From: the human T2T-CHM13v2.0 reference genome, Homo sapiens
NCBI RefSeq assembly: GCF_009914755.1
Contig: NC_060929.1
Direction: 5' to 3' (one strand)
DNA: 64,000 nucleotides
The notes below the pieces were generated by a model that did no database searches, was not told the origin of the DNA, and saw nothing but the letters and a program-made list of their open reading frames with translations. Positions 1 to 15,916 of the stretch are shown here, one piece after another. Position 1 is the stretch's first letter; each line of letters begins with the position of its first letter. A program made the position numbers and the translations under genes.

Positions 1-35
1 GCTGGGATTACAGGCGTGAGCTACTACGCCCAGCC
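1..35 (-). mobile_element. Alu 5' end (truncated by window edge)
   Basis: gctgggattacaggcgtgagctactacgcccagcc is the reverse complement of the Alu left end. Confidence 0.9.
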
Positions 36-933
36 TGTTTTGTCCTTAGTAGGAAATAAGACCTATCAAGATTAAACAAACCAACTTGACAGGAAAATGT
101 TTATTTCAATCAGAAAGGCCAGATAAAAAACCTTGACTGAAACAGTAGTAACTTTAGTTACTTTGTGGCAGGTTTATAATATTTTATTATTTATTCATTA
201 TTTATTAATTTTTCTCTTAGGTTACACATGCACAATGTAAATTTTAATGTAATTGAAACTTTTATTTCTATGAAAGATTTTATCTTTTAGAAAAAAATAC
301 AATGTTGATATTTTACAGCTGGGATCTTGAAAGGTAAGGCAATTTACTTCCATCACAGATCAGAGACAGATCCAGATCCCTGAGATCCATTCTGGTGCCT
401 TTATACACATTTGGGAGTCCCTAGTACCAATTAAAGACCCTAAACAGCCTGAATTTACTAAATTCATAATTTTAACTATAAAATAATTATTTTTCATTTG
501 CATTTTATAGCTCTGATCTCGTTAGTTACAAAGCTGAAATATGCCGTAAAAATATGTAGTCAATAGGTTCAAAATATTAAAGACCTAAATAAGCTCACAT
601 GGACATCAGAAACAGCATCATAATTATTGTCTTTACAAAATTAATATCTCCCTCATTTATACAGGAACTGTTGTAAAGACTAAATGCATTAGTTAACAAT
701 TTTAAAAGTGAAAAAGTTCATTTTCTTGCCATATAAACACATAAATAACATACTTATCTGTTACAATTTGTCAAAGGGTCCTTCCAATCACTGTCAGAAG
801 TACATTATCTAAGTATTTAGTCTGCTGAATCTAAATATCATTGGCAATAAAAACTGCCCATCTTTTGATTAAAGAAATTGATTTTGCAAAGTGCAATTGG
901 TCATGGCAAATGATGTGCTTTGTGACCAGCTTT

Positions 934-1376
934 TTTTTCTTTTTTTTTAAATTTTATTATTATTATACTTTAAGTTTTAGAGTACATGTGCACAATGTGC
1001 AGGTTTGTTACATATGTATACATGTGCCATGTTGGTGTGCTGCACCCATTAACTCATCATTTAGCATTAGGTATATCTCCTAATGCTATCCCTCCCCCCT
1101 CCCCCGACCCCACAACAGTCCCCGGTGTGTGATGTTCCCCTTCCTGTGTCCATGTGTTCTCACTGTTCAATTCCCACCTATGAGTGAGAACATGCGGTGT
1201 TTGGTTTTTTTGTCCTTGCGATAGTTTACTGAGAATGATGGTTTCCAGCTTCATCCATGTCCCTACAAAGGACATGAACTCATCATTTTTGATGGCTGCA
1301 TAGTATTCCATGGTGTATATGTGCCACATTTTCTTAATCCAGTCTATCGTTGTTGGACATTCACAATAGCAAAGAC
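934..1376 (-). mobile_element. 5'-truncated L1PA3/4-like 3' end with a ~20-bp 5' inversion
   Basis: Poly-T tail, L1 3'UTR and ORF2 C-terminus (IDWIKKMWHIYTMEYYAAIK); 14-bp TSD ttgtgaccagcttt at 920-933 and 1377-1390. Confidence 0.93.
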
Positions 1377-1899
1377 TTGTGACCAGCTTTATTGAGAAAT
1401 TTCTATCATCATTCACCTGGCATCTGGCAGAGATCAAACAATATGCCCTAAACACATATTAAAACAAATTTAAAAGCTGAGGAAAGTATTTTAAAAACAA
1501 TTCTAAACAAGTCCCTGAACTAGCAATGACAAAAAATTAACTGAAGGTGGAAACTCCGGATGTTGGTGCATGCCAAAGCCTGATAGTATCTGCTGACACA
1601 CTTCTGTTTTGAAGGATAATAAGAATTCTGGATAAAGAAAATAAAGCCTAGGGTCTACTCAAGGCTTAGAACATTCTAATAAGGGAACTAGACATAAAAC
1701 TGGAGTACCATAGGCTTATACAATCTGTACAACATAAACAAGAAATAAGCTCTCTGTGCAGAAAAAGACAGCAAGGAAACTTGCCTATCTTTATCCTGTG
1801 GTTGAAATGGATAGAATCTTTCCTGAAAACTGATGAATACAAAGACTTCCCTGACAAGTTTTTGTCCCCATATTCAACCTGTCGGGTGGGGTCTCTGGA

Positions 1900-2707
1900 A
1901 GGTAGGGGAAATGCCCTTAAGTTAGAAATTTAATTTAATGTGGCCAAAGACATCTAGCAGAAGCAATTGAAACTTTGTTCCAAAGAAATGAAATTTCAAC
2001 TAAGTTCCCCAAAAATTCTTGAAGACTATGTTCCAAGGGTCATGTGTTTACAGCCAAAAATCACAAACAACAGACATCAGACGCCATCTAGGAAATACTT
2101 AAATTCCTGAAATTATCTACCATCTAATAGGTACATCTAATATGGTTTAAGACACAAAAATGACTTGAAAATATGAGCAAGATACAAGTGACCATAAAAA
2201 GACAAAAAAGAACCAAATAGAAATTCAGGAAGTAAAGAATATAATAATATGAATTAAAAATGAAATGTAAGAGATAAAAGCCAATTAAATATAGCTAAAG
2301 AGAGAACTGTAGAATTAAAAATTTAAAAATTATTTATAATGCAACCTATAGAGACCAAAAGATGGAAAACATGAAAGAGAAGTTAAGGGACATAGAAGAT
2401 AAAATATGTAGATCAACATACCTAATTATGATACCAGAAGGAGACAATTTAGAAATGGAGAGAAGGTAAGATCTGAAGGTGCAACACCGTAGAATTTTCT
2501 AGAATTGTTGAAAAAGATTAAAGCAAAAAAAAAAAATCCCAAGCAAATAAAAACAGCCATGCCAAGAAACATTATGAACAAACCACAGAACATCACAGAG
2601 AGATGATCTAAAGGGGAAATTACGATTAGTGTAACAGCTGACTTCATAACAAACTAACAAAGGCCAGAAGATGATAAAATCATATCTTTTATAAGCTTGA
2701 AAATTTA
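1900..2707 (+). mobile_element. Ancient L1M ORF1-region relic
   Basis: A-rich sequence resembling old L1 ORF1 (gagaagttaagggacatagaagat...ataccagaaggagac...gaattttctagaattg); boundaries approximate. Confidence 0.6.
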
Positions 2708-3200
2708 GGATTCTGGCAAGATGGCAGAATAGGAACACCTCTGGTCTGCAGCTCCCAAGCAAGAACGACACAGAAGATGGGTGATTTCTGCATTTTCAAC
2801 TGAGGTACCTGGTTCATCTCATTGGGACTGGTTGGACAGTGGGTGCAGCCCACAGAGGGTGAGCTGAAGCAGGATGGGGCATCGCCTCACCCAGGAAGCA
2901 CAAGGGGTCAGGGTATTTCCCTTTCCTAGCCAAAGGAAGCCATAAGAGCCTGTACTGGGAGGAATGGTACACTTCTGCCCAGAGACAGCACTTTTCCCAC
3001 TGTCTTTGCAACTGACAGACCAGGAGATTCCCTCCGGTGCTTGGGTCGGTGGGTCCTATGCCCATAGAGCCCATCAAGCTAAGATCCATTGGCTTGAAAT
3101 TCTCGCTGCTAGTGCAGCAGTCTGAGAACGACCTGAGACACTGGAGCATAGCGGGGGGAGGGGTGTCTGCCATTGCCCAGGCTTGAGTAGGCAGTTTTAG
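2708..3200 (+). mobile_element. Isolated L1PA (about PA7-8) 5'UTR fragment
   Basis: caagatggcagaataggaaca...gtgatttctgcattttcaactgaggtacctggttcatctcattgggactgg is the L1 5'UTR start with the YY1-type AAGATGGC; no ORF1, ORF2 or polyA follows. Confidence 0.85.
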
Positions 3201-3423
3201 TCACCTATAAGTCTATATTGAAATTATCTTTCAAGTGATACTATTTCTCATGAATTAGAGTGACACTATCTTTCACAAATTACAATATATAAGGTATATT
3301 CAATTAAAATAACTGAGTTTGCTGCAAAAAGACAATCTCTAATAAAAGCTTAATATGTGTATTTCAGTCAGAAAAAAAAATCTTATGTGTATTACTCAGG
3401 GATTTTCCAGAAAAACAGAATCA

Positions 3424-3425
<2 letters not shown>

Positions 3426-3466
<41 letters not shown>
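3426..3466. repeat. (TG)20 microsatellite
   Basis: Perfect TG run. Confidence 0.97.
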
Positions 3467-3468
<2 letters not shown>

Positions 3469-3515
3469 TAGTCAGGGTTATTAAGGGAGAGAGAACTCAT
3501 AGGAGATAAATAGAA

Positions 3516-3532
3516 GATAGAGATAGATAGAT

Positions 3533-3569
<37 letters not shown>
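3516..3569. repeat. (GATA)n tetranucleotide STR
   Basis: gatagagatagatagatgatagatagata... run. Confidence 0.95.
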
Positions 3570-3848
3570 GAGATTTATTAGGATAATTGGCTCATGCAAT
3601 TCTGGAGACTGAGAAATCCCAGGGCAGGCCATCTACAAGCTGGATACCCAGGGATGTCAGTAGTGTGGCTCAGTCCAAGTCCAAAAGCCTCCGAACTAGG
3701 TAAGCCAGTTGTATAAGTCAGCCTGAGGCTGAGGGACCGTGAACCCAGGGGGATACCAGTGCATGTCTTGGAGTCCAAAAGGCCAGAGGGAATGGTGTTC
3801 TGATATCCAAGGGCAAGAGAAAAAAAACTTCCTTTCCTCTGCCTTTTA

Positions 3849-4173
3849 GTGTTTTGCTTTGTTTTATTTTGTTTTGTTTTGTTTGTTTGTTTTGAGATGT
3901 AGTCTCCCTCTGTCACCCAGACTAGAGTACAGTGGCGTGATCTCAGCTCACTACATCCTCTGCCTCTGGCATCCAAATAATCCCAAGACCTCAGCCTCCC
4001 CAGTAGCTGGGATTACAGGCGCACACCACCATGCCAGCTAATTTTTGTATTTTTAGTAGAGGTGGGGTTTCACTATGTTGGCCAGGCTGGTCTCGAACTC
4101 CTGATCTCAAGTGATCCACCCACCCAGCCTCCCAAAATGTTGGGATTACAGGCATGAACCACTGCACCCAGCC
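3849..4173 (-). mobile_element. AluS (Sx/Sz-like)
   Basis: Full dimer with (GTTTT)n tail; 15-bp TSD ttcctctgcctttta at 3834-3848 and 4174-4188. Confidence 0.93.
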
Positions 4174-4889
4174 TTCCTCTGCCTTTTACTCTATCCAGGC
4201 TGCCAGCCAACTGGATGGTGCCTGCCCACATTGAGGACAGATCTTTCCCACTCAGTATGGCATCTCATGTGCCAATATCCTCTGGAAACACTCTCACAGA
4301 TACACCTAGAAATAATGCTTGATCACCTATATAGGGATCTCTTAATCCAGTCAGCCTGATAGCTAAAAATAAACTTCACTATTTATATCTCTATCATCTA
4401 TCTATCAATCTATCTATCTCTATATATCTATCTCTACCTATCTATCTGTCCATCTTTCCAGAGAAAGAAAGAGAGAGAGAGATTTATTATGAGAAATTGG
4501 CTCAAGTAATTGTGAAGGCCAACAACCAACAGGAGAGCCAATGGTCACATTCCAGAACAGCCCACAGGCATGAAACCCAGGGAGAACTGAAGTGTCAGTT
4601 GAAGTCCAGAGGCATGACAAAAACCAGTCTGTTTGAAAGCAGTCTAGCAAGAGGCATTCCCTCTTGCTTGGGGAATGGTCAGACTTTTTGTTCTATTTAG
4701 GCCTTCAACTGATAGGATGAGGTTCACCAAAATTAGGATGAACAATCTGCTTTACTTAGTCTGCCAATTTAAATATTAATCTCATTCAAAACATCCTCAA
4801 AGAAACACCCAGAATCATTTCTGACCAAATATATGGGCAGACTTTGGCCCAGTGAAGTTAACACATAAAATTAACCATCACCACCTCAT

Positions 4890-5700
4890 ACTAAGTAGAA
4901 GAGGTGAGGAAAAAAATAAAGATGATGAGTAGATATGTGGGGATCTAAACAAACATTGACTATATAAGAAAAGAATAATAGAAATTAACCTGGTTAAACA
5001 AAAAGAAAGCAAAAGCTGAAATATTGGGTTAAGTTAGCATTTAAATTGGGGGGGCAGGGAAGAAGGTGTCTGGAATTAGAACAGTCAAAGATTACTGAAT
5101 TATTTTTGAGGTGGCAAGAGCTATTAATTCCAGACTTGTTAAATTATTTGTTCTAAAATACCTAGAGCAACTTCTAGAAAGTAGACAACAATTTTATTTG
5201 CCAGTTTATGGGCCTGAAACTTCCCAATATAACTATAAGAGAGATAAAGAAACAGTGTTTCTGGGCACCCAGAAAGAGGAATGTAAGATAGGACTTGAAC
5301 ACAGCATTGTCTCTGCCACAGATTTAATAATGTTCAAACTAGCAGAGGAGGTGGAAAGCATCATGAGAAAAACGAAATATCTAATCCAAAAAGATGCAAG
5401 AAATGAGGGAGGGCAGAGAAACAGAAAATGTAGAACGATAAAAGAACAAAATAAAATGATATAAATAAATCAAATATATTTGTTATCATAGTAAATATAA
5501 ATACACTAAACTCTCCTTAAAAGACAAAGAGACTGGATTTTTTTTAAAGACGGTTACTCAGAAAAACACAAGAAATTAGTACATGTAGTAAACAGAACAA
5601 TAGAAAAGAGAAAATCTTCCGAGTGGGAAGATAATAGATAAATTCTAAAAGTGGAAAACCAAGAAGTACCAATATAAAGCATGTTCTTTAGAGAAATTAC
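4890..5700 (+). mobile_element. Ancient L1M fragments (inter-ORF and ORF2 start)
   Basis: 5440-5540 resembles the L1 endonuclease start (atcatagtaaatataaatacactaaactctccttaaaagacaaagagactgg, cf. ITLNVNGLNSPIKRQRL); boundaries approximate. Confidence 0.5.
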
Positions 5701-5716
5701 AATAAATAAATAATGA

Positions 5717-6400
5717 TCAGAAACAACAGGTGCTGGAGAGGATGCGGAGAAATAGGAACACTTTTACACTGTTGGTGGGACTGTAAACTAGTTCGACCAT
5801 TGTGGAAGTCAGTGTGGCGATTCCTCAGGGATCTAGAACTAGAAATACCATTTGACCCAGCCATCCCATTACTGGGTATATACCCAAATGACTGTAAATC
5901 ATGCTGCTATAAAGACACATGCACACGTATGTTTATTGCGGCACTATTCACAATAGCAAAGACTTGGAACCAACCCAAATGTCCAACAATGATAGACTGG
6001 ATTAAGAAAATGTGGCACATATACACCATGGAATACTATGCAGCCATAAAAAATGATGAGTTCATATCCTTTGTAGGGACATGGATGAAATTGGAAACCA
6101 TCATTCTCAGTAAACTATCGCAAGAACAAAAAACCAAACACCGCATGTTCTCACTCATAGGTGGGAATTGAACAATGAGATCACATGGACACAGGAAGGG
6201 GAATATCACACTCTGGGGACTGTGGTGGGGTCGGGGGAGGGGGGAGGGATAGCATTGGGAGATATACCTAATGCTAGATGACACATTAGTGGGTGCAGCG
6301 CACCAGCATGGCACATGTATACATATGTAACTAACCTGCACAATGTGCACATGTACCCTAAAACTTAGAGTATAATAATAATAAAAAAAAAAAAAAAGAA
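5717..6400 (+). mobile_element. L1HS-Ta, 5'-truncated (~0.68 kb)
   Basis: Intact ORF2 C-terminus (...KTKHRMFSLIGGN); Ta-diagnostic ACA at 6283-6285 (gatgacACAttagtg); L1HS G at 6368 (cttaGagtataat); polyA. Confidence 0.95.
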
Positions 6401-7245
6401 AGTTTAATTGTCTCTGAGCAGCAGGAAGTCAGGGTAACAGTGGCATCTACTGTTTTTCATACAAGACCTTGTATGGTAAACAACCATTTTTATCTTCAAA
6501 CTGTGTACATGTATACATTTTTATTTCTTTATTTATTTTAAACAAGAATGCCTTACTATGCTACCTTTCAGTTAGGTTATTTTGTTTCACTACATGGTAT
6601 GTTTAAGCTTAGTTGTGAAATAAAGAATTCGTGACTAAATTCTACACATTTACTAATAATGAGTATATAGATCCAAGGTCTAATCAATATATATTGGAAA
6701 ATGAATAAATAGTGAATTAATGAATGAAAAATTAAATGTTCACTTTGTATTGAATGTCAAAACCATATATAACCTCCTTTAATTACTATAAACAGAAAAA
6801 CATTAGACCAATTTGCTGAAAATTTCTGACATATTGTTTGTCATCATCAACAAGAAATAATCTGGCTATAATATAGAAATTTAAGAAAATACTGAATAAA
6901 CTATAAATCATATTTTTAAAAATGCATCAGAGAGATAAAGATGCACAGACACCTCAATGACCAAAACTCAGAGAGGGACAATCCCTATGTGAGCACAGTC
7001 TGGAAGGTTCTTTCATTTCTTGGGGTCACAGGGCACTGAGAAGTAAGCCCACCACACACCAGGAGAATTTGCCCCAACCTGAAGAAACCAGCTAAAATTT
7101 AATAACCCTGTGGGATATGCTATAGATGAGACAGTGAAGAAGCCCCAGGCAGAACTAGCTCACCTTGCCCATTGTTTCCCCAACGGATTTCTTTCTTTAC
7201 TGAGTGTGTGGCTGCTTGCAGGAGCTGTTAAGCAAAAAGGAATAT

Positions 7246-7440
7246 CCAGTGATTGATGGAGCCCGTACCAGTGCATGAGAACCAATTATGTATGTCTCTT
7301 CCTGAGTCTGCATTCAGTAACATGTCAGTAGACTGAAACTGCACATGGTGGCAGCATTCATACTACAGACATCAGCAGATGCTGCAAATTAGACTTTCTT
7401 TTTAGGACAGTTCATTAAGCATTTACCAGCACACCACTGG
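7246..7440 (+). mobile_element. MER63A-like hAT MITE
   Basis: Termini ccagtg... and ...catttaccagcacaccactgg; internal ttcagtaacatgtcagtagactgaaa. Confidence 0.7.
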
Positions 7441-8139
7441 CTATATTCCATGGTACAGGATACTGCAGGCTGGGCAGAAAAGTTGAGTAAGTATAGTCTC
7501 AAAGTGCCTAAAACTCAAGCCTTGCTGGAAGAAGTAACCTAAATCTGCTCTGAGGGCATTTGTAACTGGTGGCGAACTGAAATTAAATACAGCCCAATCC
7601 TGACCTAGGTTAATTCATAATGAGAAGAAATCAGCTCCTAACCCCTGACAGATGAAACATTGTACACTTTCTGGAGCTAAATACTATTTATTTCAATCTC
7701 TACTTTTTTATACACAATATCTAACATATCAAAATAATTTTCATATAAGCCAAAGTAGGAATATACCATCCAGCAGAAGAAAAAAACTGTTCAGTGAAGT
7801 AGACTCACAGAAAATCCAGGTGCAAGAATTAGAAAACAAGAACTTAAAAATACCTATTATAAATATGTTGCAGAAATAAGATTAAAAGGTAGATACCATG
7901 AGTAAAAAAGATAATGAATCTCAGCGGAGAAATAAAAAAATTAAGAAGTAAACAAAGGGAAATTTCTGGAACTGAGAGTATAATATACCCTATGAAGAAT
8001 TCATATAATAGGGTCAATGGCAGACATAACAGAGCAGAAGAAAAGATCAGTAAACTCAGATAAGTCAATAGAAATTATCCAAACAGAACCACCAAAAAAT
8101 GTAATATATATACATAAAAACGCACATATTTTACATACA

Positions 8140-8469
8140 CAGTTCATCCTCACCATCTGTGGAGGATTGGCTCCAGGACCTCTTGTGGATACTAAAATCT
8201 AGAAATCTTTAAGTCCCTGTTACAAAATGCTGTGGTGTTTGCATATAACCTACACACATTCTTTTGTATACTTTAAATCACTAAATTATTTATAATACCT
8301 AAAATACTGTAAATGCTGTCTAAATCATTGTTATACTCTTTAGGGAATAATGGCAAGAAAAGAAGTCCATACATGTTTAGCACAGATGCACTGTTTTTAG
8401 AAAAATATTTTCAATCTTTGGTTTATGAAATCCATGGATGCAGAATCCATGAATATGGAAGGACAACTG
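8140..8469 (+). mobile_element. MER2 (TcMar-Tigger MITE)
   Basis: cagttcatcctc...ggattggctccaggacc...tttgcatataacctacacacat...ggaaggacaactg followed by TA. Confidence 0.85.
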
Positions 8470-8568
8470 TATATATAAATACATATACATACATATGTAC
8501 ATGCATGTATGCATACACACATTGAAAGAGAGAGAGGGAATGAGGCAAACAAAATATATAAATAGATC

Positions 8569-8869
<301 letters not shown>

Positions 8870-10276
8870 TTATATATGTATACACATATACGTATATATA
8901 TATAGATTATGTTAAAGGATTTTTCAGAATCAGTAAGACATTAACTCATAGATTCAAAAAAGGCAACACATATAGAAACATTATAATCAATCTACTAAAA
9001 AATCAAGGGTTAAAAAAAGGTAAAGAAGAAAATCTTAAAACTCACCCAAAGTAAAAAGACACATATTCAAAAGAAAAACAGTAATAATTGTCACTCTCCA
9101 TTTTTACTAATGAATCATAGTAGTCTTTCGGGATTCCGAAATAATTAGCACTAATTCAGAGTCACAGGGAAAAGTAAATATTTGGGAATATGTGTACAAT
9201 TTTTTTAAAGACCATTAGCTGCTCATGGAAAAAAGTTAACTGTGGATTTTGGAGTTTTAACATTTGTGGAAGTAAAATTTGTGACAATAATAGCACAAAG
9301 GGAAGGAGATATAATGGCATTCTATTGTTTTCAGGTTCTTATTTTGTGAAATGATAAAATCCAATGTAGACTGTTATAAGTTAAGAATATATATTGTAAT
9401 CTCTGTGGAAAAATAAAAACTAATCAAAAGGGCAGGACTAAAAAGCCAATATACATAATTAAGTAAAATTAATCCAAAACAAGGCAGGAAATGAGGATGG
9501 TACAAATAGGAGAAATGAAAATCAAGTTGCAACATGGTAGTCTTGACCTAACGTATATAAGTAATGGACTGAATGTCCACCTCTGCTATCTTCTAGCTCT
9601 ATTTTCCCACCTTTAGTTATTTTCTCATTTGTTAAGCCATTTGGAACCTACCCTTTTTAAAAATTTTCATGAACAGGATCATAAACACTTATCTCAAGAA
9701 GAGAAATAATATGTGATAATTTAAACAACTGATCAGATGAACTTATTAGTCTCCAGTTTAACACTAAAACCTTTTTAATTAATAGTGAGAAAGTTAGCAA
9801 ATTATATCAAACAAAAATTGAGTCCTCTGTGAAAAGACACACATAAAAAATTTAATATTCTATATTGACACCATTATAAAAATTGGGCAGCTATCTTCAT
9901 GCACCATTTCTATTAAATTATTCTCAAAAAGTTATTCTCTTAGTAGTTGATTTCTTCATTATGTAAATTATGAAGTGATGCTTCATTCATGCTCTGGTAT
10001 CCACAAGTATGCTACCCAGACACTTTCAGATATAGGAAGAGAAGAGGCATGTATGTGTCCATTTTTATTTCTAGCAAAATTACATTTTACTCAGTGTAGT
10101 AATCTTCAAATAAAAGTCACTAGTTTCCAATCTTTTTTTCCCATGGATGATTGCCATGACAATCAAAAGTGCAAAATGTCCTTGTTCATGGAGATAGTTC
10201 TGGAAAAATTGTCTCTAGCTCAAACTTTTTGGTAAAAGCAATTATAGTGTCACTGTTTTAAATAACTCTGAGATGA

Positions 10277-10585
<309 letters not shown>

Positions 10586-11320
10586 AACTCTGAGATGAAT
10601 CTTTTATTAAAATGAAGACTCCTTTTATAATGAAAAGGTAGGCATGTTTCCGAAGCCACTTTGGCCTTGAGGGGAAAGCAATGTTCCAATAGGGTCACAA
10701 AACAGTAATTCCTCTTCCTGCACTTTTGCCAATGGAATTCCCTACCTATTTATGAAGACTGCTGGTTCCGTTTTAGATAATCAGATTCTTATACACACTT
10801 ATTGAACTTGCCATTTTTCTCCTCTCAACTCCCACTGAGAGACACTGATGTCTTCCAAGTGGTTAGGCCCTGTCCTTTTTCACTCCAGATGGTGACCGGT
10901 TCAATCGATGGTTCAAGCTACTCTGCCTATTCTATATTTGAATATTCCACAGCAGTAATCCACAGTAATTTCAAATAAAGTCTCCTTCTCCTGTTTTGGC
11001 TAAATTCATAACATAAGCTACAAAGTAATACCGTCAGGTTCATGATCTCTTCATAATTCACTGAGAGGACTACAAAATCATGTTTTTATTTGTTTATTAT
11101 TATTTTTTCTTTTTTTATTATATTTTAAGTTCTAGGGTACATGTGCACAACCTGCAGGTTTGTTACATATGTATACATGTGCCATGTTGGTGTGCTGCAC
11201 CCATTAACTTGTCATTTACGTTAGGTATATCTCCTAATGCTATCCTTTCCCCAGCCCCCCATCACAATACAGGCCCTGGTGTGTGGTGTTCCCCACCCTG
11301 TGTCCGAGTGTTCTCATTGT

Positions 11321-15150
<3,830 letters not shown>

Positions 15151-15208
15151 ATGTTACCAGTTATTTTGCTCAATAGCTCATGCAGTTTCTTCCTAGCATC
15201 AATGGTCT

Positions 15209-15916
15209 TTACAATTTGGCATGTTTTTGCAGTGGCTGGAACTGGTTGTTCCTTTTCATGTTTAGTGCGTCCTTCAGGAGCTCTTGTAAGGCAGGCCTGT
15301 TGGTGACAAAATCTCTCAGCATTTGTTTGTCTGTAAAGTATTTTATTTCTCCTTCACTTATGAAGCTTAGTTTGGCTGGATATGAAATTCTGGGTTGAAA
15401 ATTCTTTTCTTTAAGAATGTTGAATATTTGCCCCCACTCTCTTCTGGCTTGTAGAGTTTCTGCCAAGAGATCTGCTGTTAGTCTGATGAGCTTCCCTTTG
15501 TGGGTAACCTGACCTTTCTTTCTGGCTGTCCTTAACTTTTTTTCCCTCATTTCAACCTTGGTGAATCTGACAATTATGTGTCTTTGAGTTGCTCTTCTCA
15601 AGGAGTATCTTTGTGGCATTCTCTGTATTTCCTGAATTTGAATGTTGGCCTGGCTTGCTAGGTTGGGGAAGTTCTCCTAGATAATATCCTGCAGAGTGTT
15701 TTCCAACTTGGTTCCATTCTCCCCGTCACTTTCAGGTACATCAATCAAAACATAGATTTGGTCTTTTCACATAGTCCCGTATTTCCTGGAGGCTTTGTTC
15801 TTTTCTGTTTACTCTTTATTCTCTAAACTTCTCTTCTCACTTCATTTCATTCATTTGATCTTCAGTCACTGGTACCCTTTCTTCCACTTGATCAAATCAG
15901 CTACTGAGGTTTGTGC
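15209..15916 (-). pseudogene. L1 ORF1 remnant lacking its N-terminus
   Basis: RHIIVRFTKVEM...LKEKNFQPRISYPAKLSF; 5' part lost at the junction ~15916-15923. Confidence 0.9.

Larger units (their letters stand above)
3464..4380 (-). mobile_element. MLT2B-like solo LTR, inner copy (contains an Alu)
   Basis: tgtattagtcagggtt...gagatttattaggataattggctcatg...cagtccaagtccaaaagcctc...ccagtcagcctgatagctaaaaataaac. Confidence 0.8.
3388..4882 (-). mobile_element. MLT2 (ERVL) solo LTR, outer copy, split by a nested MLT2 and an Alu
   Basis: Starts tgtattactcagg...cagaaaaacagaa; resumes at ~4381 and ends cccagtgaagttaacacataaaattaaccatcac (MLT2 terminus). Confidence 0.8.

Noticed and set aside
841-1455. 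ORFs containing HVHNVQVCYICIHVPCWCAAP or IDWIKKMWHIY (also at 6036, 11080, 11321)
   Set aside because: Sense or antisense translations of L1 3' ends
3578-4359. Alu-derived ORFs (also at 8761, 10393, 33152, 37518, 43581-44330)
   Set aside because: Typical Alu read-through peptides ([19 protein letters not shown])
5111-5464. 117-aa ORF
   Set aside because: GTG start within A-rich ancient L1 relic sequence; no recognisable domain
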